Positions 27,006 through 37,097 of a stretch of 39,411 nucleotides of DNA are shown here, piece by piece. Under the pieces are notes generated by a model. It searched no databases and had not been told where the DNA came from. It saw only the letters and a list, made by a program, of their open reading frames with translations. The translations under genes were made by a program, and so were the position numbers. Source of the DNA: an uncultured Ruminococcus sp. (lineage in GTDB: Bacteria > Bacillota > Clostridia > RUG12999); assembly GCA_902784685.1 (NCBI GenBank), contig CACZWA010000002.1:1-39411 (forward strand), read 5' to 3'. Positions within the stretch are counted from its first letter, which is position 1; each line of letters starts with the position of its first letter.

Positions 27006-27644
27006 ATGAATGAAACAGTAGAAAAAACAATGAAGGCGCTTGAAAAAAATAATATGAACGCATATTATGTAGAGAAAAAAGAAGATGTTGTTCCTTTTTT
27101 AAAAAAGCTTTTAAATAAAGGTGACAGCGTCGCTGTAGGCGGTTCAATGAGCCTTTCCCAGTGCGGCGCTATAGAACTGCTTAGAAGCGGCGATTACAAT
27201 TTTATTGACAGATACAAAGAAGGGTTAAGCCGTGATGACATTGAAAAAGTTTACAGGGATTCTTTTTTTGCGGACGCTTACCTTTGCAGTTCAAACGCCG
27301 TTACCGAAGAAGGCGAGCTTTATAATGTGGACGGAAACGCAAACAGAATAGCGGCTATTGCGTTTGGCCCCAAAAAAGTTATAATGGTTGTCGGAATAAA
27401 CAAGATAGTAAAAAATATTGACGAAGCGGTTTTAAGAGTTAAAAATATTGCCTGCCCGAAAAACTGCGTCCGCCTTTCCTGTGATACTTTTTGCAAGGCG
27501 AAAGGTCATTGCGCCGTAAACGACAGTAGCTATAACGGTTGCGGCAGTAACGGACGAATTTGCTGTTCGAGGTTGATTTGCGATATGCAGAGAATAAAGG
27601 GCAGAATAAATATTGTGTTTGTGGGAGAAAATGTCGGCTATTAA
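27006..27644 (+). CDS. LUD-domain (LutC/YkgG-like, lactate utilisation protein family) protein with Cys-rich C-terminus
   Basis: The N-terminal region resembles LUD/DUF162 proteins (ALEKNNMNAYYVE, VAVGGSMSL, NAVTEEGELYNVDGNANR). There are 9 Cys in the last 60 residues or so. I prefer the ATG at 27006, after a GGAG. Confidence 0.7.
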   Translation: MNETVEKTMKALEKNNMNAYYVEKKEDVVPFLKKLLNKGDSVAVGGSMSLSQCGAIELLRSGDYNFIDRYKEGLSRDDIEKVYRDSFFADAYLCSSNAVTEEGELYNVDGNANRIAAIAFGPKKVIMVVGINKIVKNIDEAVLRVKNIACPKNCVRLSCDTFCKAKGHCAVNDSSYNGCGSNGRICCSRLICDMQRIKGRINIVFVGENVGY

Positions 27645-27664
27645 TAAGGCGTGAGGTGGACTGA

Positions 27665-30600
27665 ATGTTACAGCTTATTTACGGAACAAAGGGAAGCGGA
27701 AAAAGTGAATATATATTAAAGATTGCTGAAAAAGTCTGGAACGAGACAGATAAAAAAGTTTTTGTTATTGTTCCCGAACAGTATTCGTATGAAACAGAAA
27801 GAGCGCTTGTGGAAAGGCTGGGAATAATAAGCCCGAGAACCGTGGAGGTTTTGTCTTTTAAGAGGCTGTTTCACTATGTCTGCAACAATATTGGCGGCGC
27901 GCTTTTGCCACGGCTCAGCGAGGCGGGCAAAACAATTCTTATTTCCCGTGCGGCAAAAAACTGCGGAAATAAGCTCAAAATGCTTAAGACATCGGCAAGA
28001 TATCCGGGTTTCAGCCAAATTCTCGCAACCTTGTTTTCTGAATTTAAAAGGTACAATAATTCTGCCGAAATGGTAGGAGATATAGCGAATAAGCTTGAAG
28101 AGAACTCTTTTCTGAAAATAAAAATGCAGGATATTTCTCTGCTTTACGGTGAGTATGAAAAGCTTATTTCAGACACATTCACAGATCCCGATGACGAGCT
28201 GACTTTGCTTGCAAAGCTTCTTGCGTCTGCGCCCGATTTTTTCAGCGACAGCATATTTTTGGTTGATGAGTTTGAGGGCTTTACACCGCAGGAAAGAGGG
28301 GTAATTGCGGAGCTTGCAAGTCAGGCCGATGTAAAAATTACTCTTTGTACAGATACACTTATTTCGGAAGGTGCAGGACAGACTGTTTTCGGAATGCAGA
28401 TAAAAACAGCGCAGGCGCTTAGCGATATTTGCAAAAATTATAAAATAAAAGCGGAAAAGCCTGTTTTTCTTGAAAGAAAGCTGTCTGATAAAGAAGATGT
28501 TTTGCACCTTGAAAGAAGCCTTAGAAGAAACACATTTGAAGCATATAAAGGTAAAACCGAAAGCTTTGAAATTGTAAGCGCCCTTAATTATAGTTCAGAA
28601 CTTGAATTTGCCGCAGAAAAAATAATTTCTCTTGTTCGTGACAAGGGCTACCGTTTCAGGGATTTTACCGTTGCGGCAAGAAATATAGATACATATAAAA
28701 ATATAGCTTCAGAGATTTTCGGTAAATATGACGTGCCCGTTTATGTAAGCGACAAAACGCCGCTTATAAATGAAACGCCTGCATTTGCCCTGCTTTGCGC
28801 AATTAATATAATAATAAAAAATTGGAATTACGACAGCGTTTTTGCTTTTCTTAAAACAGGTTACCATAATATATCCGATGAAGAAACGGATATTTTGGAG
28901 AACTATATTTTAAAAACGGGGATACGAGGCTCAAGCTGGAAAAGCGAAAAAAAATGGCACTATCTTCCGAGCGGTTTTAACGAGGAAGATGTGGAAAAAA
29001 TTGATGAAATAAGGCGGAGAGTTGCAGAGCCGCTTTTGATTTTGGAGAAAAGGTTTAAAGAGGCGGAAAACGTAAGAGACTGCATTAAAGCAGTGGTTGA
29101 ATTTATGAGAGCCGAGGGCTTTGCAGACAAAATTAACGCCTATGAGCAAAAATTTGAGGGAACGGAAAGTATGGATATTTCGGCAAGATATAAGCAGATT
29201 TACGATGCCGTTATAACCTCGTTTGACGAGATAGACAGCGTAACACCCGAAAACGAAAAGATTTCCGCCGAAGATTTTTACTCCATGCTTTCTGCGGCGT
29301 TTGAAACGCACACGGTAGGCATAATTCCGACTTCGGCAGACAGCGTGACGGTTACGGATATTCAGAGATGTAAGGCGCACAATGCAAAAATTTTGTTTGT
29401 TGTCGGAGTTAATGAGGGAGTATTTCCCGAAATTTTTGCGGGCGAGGGTATAATAAAAGACGAAGAACGCAAAAAGCTTGAGGAGTGCGGACTTAGTATG
29501 GCGCCCGATACCACAATGCGTATGCTTGACGAGGAATTTATGGTATATATGACGCTTCTTTTACCCTCCGAAAAGCTTTATCTTGTATATCCGCTGGCTG
29601 ATAACGTGGGCGAATCTCTTACACCGTCATCGCTTATAAGAAAGGTTAAAAGTCTTTTGCCGCTTACCACCGAAACAGATACGGTTGTGAGCGAAGGCGA
29701 TACGCTTGATAAGGTCGTTACCGAAAAGACTGCTCTCGGAGTTCTTGCAAATGAAAAAAGCAAGATTCGTGACGGAGCTAAAGAAAGCCCTGCTTTTTAT
29801 GCTCTTAAAAGTTGGTTTGAAAATCACAGTGACGAGCAGTATGAAATGGTAAAAAAGAGCGCTGATTACAGAAATACGGCAAAAAGGTTGTCGGACGACA
29901 ATCTCGCAGAAGCTTACAGTAATGTTGTATATACCTCCGTTTCAAGGCTTGAGGCTTTCAGAAAGTGCCCGTTTATGTATTTTTCAAAATATATGCTTGA
30001 CGCAAAGCCCCGTGAGGACACAGCCCTCAAAAGCGTAGATACCGGAACGCTTATGCACGGCGTGGTTGAGGAGCTTTCGTATAAAGTTAAAGAGGAGTTT
30101 GGCAGTTGGAAGGACGTAAGCGATGAGTGGCTTGAAAAAATGTCCGAGGAGCTTGCAGATGAAAAAATAGATGAATTAAACGAGAATACGGATATTGTTG
30201 AGCCACGCCAGTTTTGGGCGGTGCAGAGGGTAAAAAACGGAATAAAAGCTTCAGTGCAGATGATTGCGGCGCAGCTCAGAGCCGGTGAGTTTGTACCTAT
30301 GGGCTACGAAATAAGCTTTGACGACAACAGCAAATATAAGTGTATTGAAATTTCGGCGGGCGGTAAGAAAGTTCGGCTAAGGGGAAAGATAGACCGCAGT
30401 GATATTTATACCGACGAAAGCGGCAGAAAATTCATAAGAGTTATAGACTATAAGTCGGGAAAAAGAGAGTTTAGGGTAGATGAGCTTTATTACGGAATAA
30501 ATTTACAGCTTGCGGTGTACCTCGACAGTCTTACCGAGCAGGAAAACGGTATAAGTGCCGGAATGCTGTATTTCAGGCTTTTTGACCCGATTGTAAAGAC

Positions 30601-31030
30601 CGGCGGCGATATTTCGCAGGAGGAAGCAAATAAAATAACCGTTAAAGAATATAAGGCGGACGGACTTTTGCCTGCCGACAGTATTATACTTGAAAAAATG
30701 GACAGAGATATTCAGTCGGGAAGCAGTTTTTTGCCTGTAAAGTTTAACACAAACGGCAGTATTGCCGCCTATTCAAGAGTTGCAACATATGAGCAGTTTG
30801 AAAACATGAACAAATATTTAAAAAAAGCGCTTAAAAAGCTCGGTGAAGCTTTGTTAAGCGGGAAAACGGATATAAGTCCGATACGTTATAACAAAGACAG
30901 TCCGTGTACTTACTGCGATTATAAAGCTATGTGCCATTTTGACGGTGCGCTTTGCAACAGCTATAACAGACTGCCAAAGCTCAGCGAAAAAGAGGCGTGG
31001 GAAAAGATTGATGAAGGGAGCGAAAAGTAA
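27665..31030 (+). CDS. addB: helicase-exonuclease AddAB, subunit B
   Basis: 1121 aa with Walker A GTKGSGKS, a C-terminal RecB-type nuclease (VIDYKSG) and the AddB Fe-S Cys pattern (C...CxxCxxxxxC: FRKCPF, PCTYCDYKAMC). Confidence 0.9.
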   Translation: MLQLIYGTKGSGKSEYILKIAEKVWNETDKKVFVIVPEQYSYETERALVERLGIISPRTVEVLSFKRLFHYVCNNIGGALLPRLSEAGKTILISRAAKNCGNKLKMLKTSARYPGFSQILATLFSEFKRYNNSAEMVGDIANKLEENSFLKIKMQDISLLYGEYEKLISDTFTDPDDELTLLAKLLASAPDFFSDSIFLVDEFEGFTPQERGVIAELASQADVKITLCTDTLISEGAGQTVFGMQIKTAQALSDICKNYKIKAEKPVFLERKLSDKEDVLHLERSLRRNTFEAYKGKTESFEIVSALNYSSELEFAAEKIISLVRDKGYRFRDFTVAARNIDTYKNIASEIFGKYDVPVYVSDKTPLINETPAFALLCAINIIIKNWNYDSVFAFLKTGYHNISDEETDILENYILKTGIRGSSWKSEKKWHYLPSGFNEEDVEKIDEIRRRVAEPLLILEKRFKEAENVRDCIKAVVEFMRAEGFADKINAYEQKFEGTESMDISARYKQIYDAVITSFDEIDSVTPENEKISAEDFYSMLSAAFETHTVGIIPTSADSVTVTDIQRCKAHNAKILFVVGVNEGVFPEIFAGEGIIKDEERKKLEECGLSMAPDTTMRMLDEEFMVYMTLLLPSEKLYLVYPLADNVGESLTPSSLIRKVKSLLPLTTETDTVVSEGDTLDKVVTEKTALGVLANEKSKIRDGAKESPAFYALKSWFENHSDEQYEMVKKSADYRNTAKRLSDDNLAEAYSNVVYTSVSRLEAFRKCPFMYFSKYMLDAKPREDTALKSVDTGTLMHGVVEELSYKVKEEFGSWKDVSDEWLEKMSEELADEKIDELNENTDIVEPRQFWAVQRVKNGIKASVQMIAAQLRAGEFVPMGYEISFDDNSKYKCIEISAGGKKVRLRGKIDRSDIYTDESGRKFIRVIDYKSGKREFRVDELYYGINLQLAVYLDSLTEQENGISAGMLYFRLFDPIVKTGGDISQEEANKITVKEYKADGLLPADSIILEKMDRDIQSGSSFLPVKFNTNGSIAAYSRVATYEQFENMNKYLKKALKKLGEALLSGKTDISPIRYNKDSPCTYCDYKAMCHFDGALCNSYNRLPKLSEKEAWEKIDEGSEK

Positions 31031-34000
31031 TGCCAACGTGGACAAAAGAGCAACAAAGCGCAATAGATAAGCGGGGCTGTGACCTTCTTGTTTCGGCGGC
31101 GGCAGGCTCCGGCAAAACGGCAGTTTTATCTGAACGTGTTTTAAAAAGAGTTACAGACGAAGAAAATCCCGTTCCCGTTGAAAAGCTCCTAATCGTTACA
31201 TTTACAAATGCCGCTGCGGCTGAAATGAGGCAGAGAATAACCGCTAAACTTCGTGATAAGCTTGCCGAAAATCCCGACAGCGAAATTGCCGCGCGTCAGC
31301 TTATGATGGTACCAAAGGCAAGTATAATGACAATACACAGCTTTTGTCTTAATATAATAAAAAGCAACTTTCATTTGATTGATATGGACCCTTCTTTCGG
31401 CATACTCGATTCTGCAGAAGGCGAGCTTATGAAAATAAAAGTAGCGGGCGAAGTCATAAATGAAATGTACGAAAAATACGGCGAAGATTTTTCAAATATG
31501 GCGAGATGGCTTGCAGACGGCAGAGATGACGGGCTTGCGAACGAGATTATAAACAGACACAAATATATCGGCAGTTTTGAAAGACCGCTTGACTGGCTTG
31601 AGGAGCAGACGGAGAAATATAATGTTGATAAAATCAGGGCTGAAAGCGGACTTTCGGACGAGGAAATAGTGGAAGGGCTTGATTGGACAAGGCTTATTAA
31701 AACAAAATATAAGTCTATGCTTTCGGCAATAAAAGAAGAACACGAAAAGATTGAGGATTTAATCGACGAGGGCGGAGTTACGGGTTATGAAGCGGCAATA
31801 AAAGATGACAAAGAAAAAATAGAAACCATGTTGGCGGTTTTAAACGGAAGCCTCGACGATATATATAAGTCGGCAAGGCTTTGCGCATGGGGCGGAATCG
31901 GCAAAAAAAATAAGGATTGCGACCCCGAACTTGCTTCGCTGGCACAGAGTGCAAGGGCGACGCTAAAGAAAAAATACGACAGTATAATAGGCGATATAGA
32001 TTCTTATGAGCCGAAAAGTATTTTAAAGGGACTTAATAAAGTTTATCCGTTTATGCGGCTGTTTTTTCTGTGCGTAAAGAGCTTTGACGAAAAATTTGCG
32101 GAGGCAAAGCGTGAAAAAAATGTTGTCGATTTTGCGGATTTTGAGCATATTGCCTTAAAGCTTTTGCAGGACGAAAGTCTGCCTGTTGCAGAGGAGCTTC
32201 GTGAAAAATACGATGAAATTTATGTTGACGAGTATCAGGACTGTAACTCTGTTCAGGAGGCAATTTTTTCGGCAATAGCAAAGCGCATTGACGGAAAAAG
32301 CAATAATATGTTTATGGTTGGTGATGTTAAGCAGAGCATATATAAGTTCCGTCAGGCAGAGCCGACAATTTTCATCGGAAAAATGCATACATATTCGAGC
32401 AGCGGCGTGCAGCAGAAAATTATGTTAAATAAGAATTTTCGCAGCAGAAAAGAGGTTGTAAACTGCGTTAATAACCTTTTTGAAAAAATAATGAGCGAGC
32501 ATTTGGGCGATATAAACTATACCGATGAGGAGGCGCTTTGCGCAGGTTTTAATTATCCCGAAACAGATGTCGGAGAATATGGGGGAAGCCCCGAAATACT
32601 TGCCGTAACGACCGAGGACGCCGATGATGATATTCTTGAAACAAGAGTTGGGCTTGAAGCAAGGCTTGTAGCTTGCAAAATACGTGAAATGGTCGGTAAA
32701 TTTATGGTTTTTGACGCAAAAAGCGGCAAATACAGAAAGTCTTGCTATAAGGATTTTGCGGTTCTTTTGAGAAGTCCGAGAAACCGCACAGAGGATATTG
32801 AAGCGGAGTTTAAGGCGCTTGACATTCCGTATTTTTCGGATGTTGGGGGAGGACTTTTTGAGGCTCACGAAACAGAGCTTCTTATCTCCATGCTGAAAAT
32901 TACCGATAATCCTTTGCAGGACATACCGCTCATAGGTTTTATGAGAAGTCTGCCGGGAGGTTTTGATGAAAACGAGCTTCTCGAAATAAGGAACTGCGCA
33001 AAGAAAACCTATTTTTATAACGCCGTTAAAGCTTGTGCGGAAGGTGAGGGAAAGCTTGCCGAAAAATGCCGCAAGCTTATTGAACTTATTAAAAGCTGGC
33101 GTGAAAAATCGAGAGCAATGCCGATAACCGGGCTTATTTCGGTTATTATGGAAGACACGGCGTTTGAAGCCTATATATCGGCTTTGCCGGGAGGAAAAAA
33201 CAGACTTGCCAACATTGCGCTTTTCACGGAGCTTGGCAGACGTTTTGAAAACATGGAGCTTAAAGGGCTGTTTTCGTTTGTAAAATATATTGAAGAACAG
33301 CAGGGAAAAACTAAGGGAAGCGAAACCGCAAAAATTCTTTCGGATTCGTGCGATGTTGTCAGAATTATGAGCATACATAAATCCAAAGGTCTTGAATTTC
33401 CCATTGTATTCATAGTAGGTGTAGGCGGCAATTTTAACATAAGCGATTGGACAAAAGGAGAGCTGTTTTTCGATAAACAGTACGGTATAGGATGCAGTTG
33501 TTTTGACCCCGAAAAGAAAATTAAATATCCGCTTATTTCTCGTGGAGCGATAACGTATAAAATAAAGCTCGATACGCTTTCTGAGGAAATGAGGGTGCTT
33601 TACGTTGCAATGACAAGGGCGAGAGAAAAGCTTTTTGTAACGGTAAAAGGCGAAAATAAAATAGAAAAAATCGAAAATGCCTTAAATGGAGACTTGTCCT
33701 CGCCGCTTATCCCCGAAAACGCAAGGTCGTATCTCGACTGGTTGTGTATGTCGGTTGCCGATAAAAATTCCGGCTGGAAGCTTACTGTTATGAGCCCCGA
33801 TGAGATTACGGCAAAAATGGCGGAATTAACGTATGTCGGCGAAAAAGCGTATTCAAATAATGTTTCCAAAGAAACGGAAGCGGAAATTGAAAGAAGGCTA
33901 TCGTTTGAATATCCGCATTTAAGCAGTAGTAAGCTTGCGTCAAAATATTCGGTAACGGAAATAAAACACCGCTTTGATGAAGAAAACGGCGAAAGCTTTA

Positions 34001-34581
34001 ATGTTATTAAAAGAAGAAGCGAGAAGCTTCCACAGTTTATGCGTGAGGAAAAGCTTTCGGCGTCTGAGATTGGAACGCTTTATCACCTTATTCTGCGCTT
34101 TATTGATTTTTCCGCAGATGATATGGAAGGCGCTCTTAAAAGCTGTAAGGAAAAACTTGTGAAAGAAGCTTTTGTGTCGGAAAAAGAGCTTGAAAACGTA
34201 AACGATAAGATTATTCTCGATTTCTTGTCGTCTGATATATGCAGAAAAATGCGTGAAGCGAAAGAAAAAGGTCTTCCTGTTTACAGGGAAATTCCGTTTA
34301 ATATCAGCGTATCGGGCGACGTGCCGACAGGAGATGAGAGCCTTAAAGATGAAAAAGTGCTTTTGCAGGGAATAATAGACTGCCTGTTTGTTTCGGACGA
34401 TAAATGCTATGTTGTGGACTATAAAACAGAAAGCCCGTCTATGAGCGAAAGCGAGCTTGAAAACGTATATCGCAGACAGCTTGAGCTGTACCGCACGGCG
34501 GCTGAAAAAATAACCGGGAAAAGCGTTGGCGGAACTTTCCTTTACTTTTTAAGAAGAGGAAAACTGCACGAGGTTATTTAA
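31030..34581 (+). CDS. addA: helicase-exonuclease AddAB, subunit A (UvrD/Rep-type helicase + nuclease)
   Basis: 1183 aa with AAAGSGKT Walker A, VDEYQD, UvrD helicase motifs (HKSKGLEFP, YVAMTRA) and a C-terminal nuclease GIIDCLF..VVDYKT. The ATG overlaps the addB TAA (TAATG). Confidence 0.92.
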   Translation: MPTWTKEQQSAIDKRGCDLLVSAAAGSGKTAVLSERVLKRVTDEENPVPVEKLLIVTFTNAAAAEMRQRITAKLRDKLAENPDSEIAARQLMMVPKASIMTIHSFCLNIIKSNFHLIDMDPSFGILDSAEGELMKIKVAGEVINEMYEKYGEDFSNMARWLADGRDDGLANEIINRHKYIGSFERPLDWLEEQTEKYNVDKIRAESGLSDEEIVEGLDWTRLIKTKYKSMLSAIKEEHEKIEDLIDEGGVTGYEAAIKDDKEKIETMLAVLNGSLDDIYKSARLCAWGGIGKKNKDCDPELASLAQSARATLKKKYDSIIGDIDSYEPKSILKGLNKVYPFMRLFFLCVKSFDEKFAEAKREKNVVDFADFEHIALKLLQDESLPVAEELREKYDEIYVDEYQDCNSVQEAIFSAIAKRIDGKSNNMFMVGDVKQSIYKFRQAEPTIFIGKMHTYSSSGVQQKIMLNKNFRSRKEVVNCVNNLFEKIMSEHLGDINYTDEEALCAGFNYPETDVGEYGGSPEILAVTTEDADDDILETRVGLEARLVACKIREMVGKFMVFDAKSGKYRKSCYKDFAVLLRSPRNRTEDIEAEFKALDIPYFSDVGGGLFEAHETELLISMLKITDNPLQDIPLIGFMRSLPGGFDENELLEIRNCAKKTYFYNAVKACAEGEGKLAEKCRKLIELIKSWREKSRAMPITGLISVIMEDTAFEAYISALPGGKNRLANIALFTELGRRFENMELKGLFSFVKYIEEQQGKTKGSETAKILSDSCDVVRIMSIHKSKGLEFPIVFIVGVGGNFNISDWTKGELFFDKQYGIGCSCFDPEKKIKYPLISRGAITYKIKLDTLSEEMRVLYVAMTRAREKLFVTVKGENKIEKIENALNGDLSSPLIPENARSYLDWLCMSVADKNSGWKLTVMSPDEITAKMAELTYVGEKAYSNNVSKETEAEIERRLSFEYPHLSSSKLASKYSVTEIKHRFDEENGESFNVIKRRSEKLPQFMREEKLSASEIGTLYHLILRFIDFSADDMEGALKSCKEKLVKEAFVSEKELENVNDKIILDFLSSDICRKMREAKEKGLPVYREIPFNISVSGDVPTGDESLKDEKVLLQGIIDCLFVSDDKCYVVDYKTESPSMSESELENVYRRQLELYRTAAEKITGKSVGGTFLYFLRRGKLHEVI

Positions 34582-34583
34582 TG

Positions 34584-34613
34584 TTGACAAATACTGTTGT
34601 TATATGATAAAAT
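34584..34613 (+). promoter_or_regulatory. putative pfp promoter (TTGACA-18 nt-TGaTAAAAT)
   Basis: TTGACA at 34584-34589 and an extended -10 at 34605-34613. Confidence 0.55.
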
Positions 34614-34646
34614 ATTTGTCGGAGTAAATATGAAAGGATAGATTTT

Positions 34647-35861
34647 ATGCCGAAAAATATTATAGTCGGACAATCGGGAGGACCGACAGCCGTAATAAAT
34701 GCAAGTCTTGCAGGAGTTATTATGGAAGCAAAAGATTATGAAGCAGAGCATATTTACGGTATGGTAAACGGAATAGAGGGCTTTTTAAAGGGAAAATATG
34801 TTGACCTTAAAGATAAAGTGAAAACAGCGGAGGAGCTTAACGTTTTGTGCCAGACACCATCGTCATATCTTGGCTCGTGCCGTTACCGCTTACCGTCACC
34901 CGAAAAGGAAAACGATGTTTACGAAAAGCTTTTTAAGGAGCTTAAAAGGCTTGATATTTCAGCTCTTTTCTACATAGGCGGAAACGACTCTATGGATACA
35001 ATTGACAGACTCAGCAGTTACGGCAAGCTTATAGGGAGCGATATTTGTTTTATAGGCATACCGAAAACGATTGACAACGACCTTGCGGTAACCGACCATA
35101 CGCCCGGCTTTGGAAGTGCGGCAAAATATGTTGCCGCTGTTACAAAAGAAACAGTCAGAGACTGCGCTGTATATGACCTTAAAAGCATAACATTTCTTGA
35201 AATTATGGGCAGAGATACCGGCTGGCTTACGGCAGCTGCGGCTCTTGCAAAGTCGGAGGACTGCGAAGGCGCAGATATAATCTGCCTGCCCGAGGTGCCT
35301 TTTGAAATTGACGGTTTTCTTGCAAAAGCAAAAGAGCTTTTTAAGGTGAAGAATAACCTTGTTGTTGCCGTTTCCGAAGGGCTTGTTACAAAAGAAGGCA
35401 AAAACCTTTGCGAGGCATACAGTGAGATAAAAAAAGTTGATGCTTTCGGACATAAAATTTTCAGCGGTACTGGACGGCTTCTTGCCGATATTGCCGCCGA
35501 AAAGCTCGGCTGTAAAACCCGTGCGGTTGAGCTTAACACCGTTCAGCGTTCTGCGGCGCATATTGCCTCTAAAACAGATATTGACGAGGCTTTTATGGCA
35601 GGCGCTTATGCCGTGAGAGCGGCAGAAGAAGGCGAAAACGGCAAAATGGTTATCTTTAAAAGAGAAGGAAACTATAAATGCACAGCCGCAACCTTTGATA
35701 TTGCGAGAATTGCAAACGAGGTTAAATATGTTCCGTCAGAATGGATAGCAAGCGACGGACTTAACGTAACAAAAGAGCTTACCGAGTATATCCGTCCGCT
35801 TATTCAGGGCGAGCCTGAAACGGTATATAAGGACGGACTTCCCGCACATCTTGTGTTATGA
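34647..35861 (+). CDS. pfp: phosphofructokinase, predicted PPi-dependent (diphosphate--fructose-6-phosphate 1-phosphotransferase)
   Basis: PfkA family (GQSGGPTAVINAS). The specificity positions read GGNDS (Asp where ATP-PFKs have Gly) and PKTIDND (Lys where ATP-PFKs have Gly). Published rules associate this pattern with PPi use. Confidence 0.8.
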   Translation: MPKNIIVGQSGGPTAVINASLAGVIMEAKDYEAEHIYGMVNGIEGFLKGKYVDLKDKVKTAEELNVLCQTPSSYLGSCRYRLPSPEKENDVYEKLFKELKRLDISALFYIGGNDSMDTIDRLSSYGKLIGSDICFIGIPKTIDNDLAVTDHTPGFGSAAKYVAAVTKETVRDCAVYDLKSITFLEIMGRDTGWLTAAAALAKSEDCEGADIICLPEVPFEIDGFLAKAKELFKVKNNLVVAVSEGLVTKEGKNLCEAYSEIKKVDAFGHKIFSGTGRLLADIAAEKLGCKTRAVELNTVQRSAAHIASKTDIDEAFMAGAYAVRAAEEGENGKMVIFKREGNYKCTAATFDIARIANEVKYVPSEWIASDGLNVTKELTEYIRPLIQGEPETVYKDGLPAHLVL

Positions 35862-35900
35862 TAAAGAGAAGGGACTACGGAAAAAGGGACTACGGAAAAA

Positions 35901-35932
35901 GGGGCTACGGCAAAACCGTAGCCCCTTCTTTT
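35901..35932. terminator. bidirectional terminator between pfp and the ferredoxin gene
   Basis: GGGGCTACGG-CAAAA-CCGTAGCCCC followed by TTCTTTT. On the - strand the hairpin is followed by TTTTTCCG. Confidence 0.7.
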
Positions 35933-35942
35933 AGTAACCACA

Positions 35943-36113
35943 TTATTGTTCAACGGGTGCGCTTACCGGACAGACATCTGCACAGTTGCCGCATGAAATG
36001 CAAGAATCAGCGTCGATTACATATTTTGCATCGCCTTCTGATATGCAAGATACAGGACATTCTGCCGCACATGCGCCGCAGCTGATGCATTCGTCAGTAA
36101 TAAAGTATGCCAT
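35943..36113 (-). CDS. fdx: 2x[4Fe-4S] ferredoxin (clostridial type)
   Basis: 56 aa with two CxxCxxCxxxCP motifs (CISCGACAAECP, CISCGNCADVCP). The ATG at 36113 lies 8 nt after GGAGG. Confidence 0.88.
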   Translation of the reverse strand: MAYFITDECISCGACAAECPVSCISEGDAKYVIDADSCISCGNCADVCPVSAPVEQ

Positions 36114-36205
36114 TTTTTTCACCTCCACAAAGTGTATATATACATTAAAATCGGCGTCTCAAGCCGGAAAGATTCTTAATCTCCCGTAGGTCACCTCATA
36201 AATGT

Positions 36206-37066
36206 CTAATCTTCAAGGCCTTTCAGTTCTTCCATAGTGCCCGAATCTATTTTCTGCTCGTTATTTTTTATAACTTTTATATCTGTTCCGCTGTACTGCT
36301 TTATGTTGCCGCTCGGTTCAAGGCGTACATCCGCAACCTGCTCGATAAGATTAACGTTTACCACGTTGCCCTTACCGTCGGGGGTGCTGACATATGCGCC
36401 GTTGCGGGGCATTGTTTTTCCAAGGTTTTCATATGCCGCCTGCTCGTATTTGAGACAACACATAAGTCTGCCGCAGTTTCCCGAAATTTTTGTCGGATTA
36501 AGCGACAAATTCTGTTCTTTTGCCATTTTTATCGAAACGGGAATAAATTCACCAAGAAAGCCCGAACAGCAAAGCTCTCTGCCGCAGATGCCGATACCGC
36601 CGAGGGTTTTTGCCTCGTCACGCACGCCAATTTGCCTTAGCTCTATTCTTGTACGGAAGGTTGAAGCAAGGTCTTTTACAAGCTCTCTGAAATCAACTCT
36701 GCCGTCCGCCGTGAAGAAGAACGAAACTTTACTTCCGTCAAAAGTGTATTCAACATCTACAAGCTTCATATCAAGCCCATGATTTGCGACCTTTTCGTTA
36801 AAAATACGAACAGCTTTTTTTTCTTTTATTTTGTTTTCCGCAACTTGCGCTTTATCTGCTTCGGTTGCTTTGCAAACAACGGGTTTAAGCGGAGTAGTTA
36901 TACAGCTGTCATCAACCTCTTTGTTTGAAATGGCAATCTCGCCGAACTCAACGCCTCTTGCGGTTTCCACAATAACATTGTCGCCGTTTTGAAGCTGAAT
37001 ATTATTCGGTGCAAAGTAATATATTTTGCCGGATCTTTTAAATCTGACACCAACTATTTCAACCAT
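36206..37066 (-). CDS. ricT: PSP1-domain protein YaaT/RicT (stage 0 sporulation / RNA-processing Ric complex)
   Basis: VEIVGVRFKRSGKIYYF N-terminus and the Cys-containing PSP1 C-domain (GICGRELCCS, GNCGRLMCCLKYE). It lies downstream of holB, as in B. subtilis. I prefer the ATG at 37066. Confidence 0.85.
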   Translation of the reverse strand: MVEIVGVRFKRSGKIYYFAPNNIQLQNGDNVIVETARGVEFGEIAISNKEVDDSCITTPLKPVVCKATEADKAQVAENKIKEKKAVRIFNEKVANHGLDMKLVDVEYTFDGSKVSFFFTADGRVDFRELVKDLASTFRTRIELRQIGVRDEAKTLGGIGICGRELCCSGFLGEFIPVSIKMAKEQNLSLNPTKISGNCGRLMCCLKYEQAAYENLGKTMPRNGAYVSTPDGKGNVVNVNLIEQVADVRLEPSGNIKQYSGTDIKVIKNNEQKIDSGTMEELKGLED

Positions 37067-37097
37067 CTGTTTATATCCTTTCTGTAAAGCAGGCTGC

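Noticed and set aside
32425-33378. 317-aa ORF on the - strand
   Set aside because: It is antisense to addA. The composition is Phe/Lys/Arg/Asn-rich, there is no RBS and no recognisable domain, so it is a shadow ORF.
35858-36085. 75-aa ORF with RDYGK-RDYGK-RGYGK repeats
   Set aside because: The peptide repeat is just the translation of the 15-nt tandem repeat and terminator hairpin. The rest is antisense to the ferredoxin gene.
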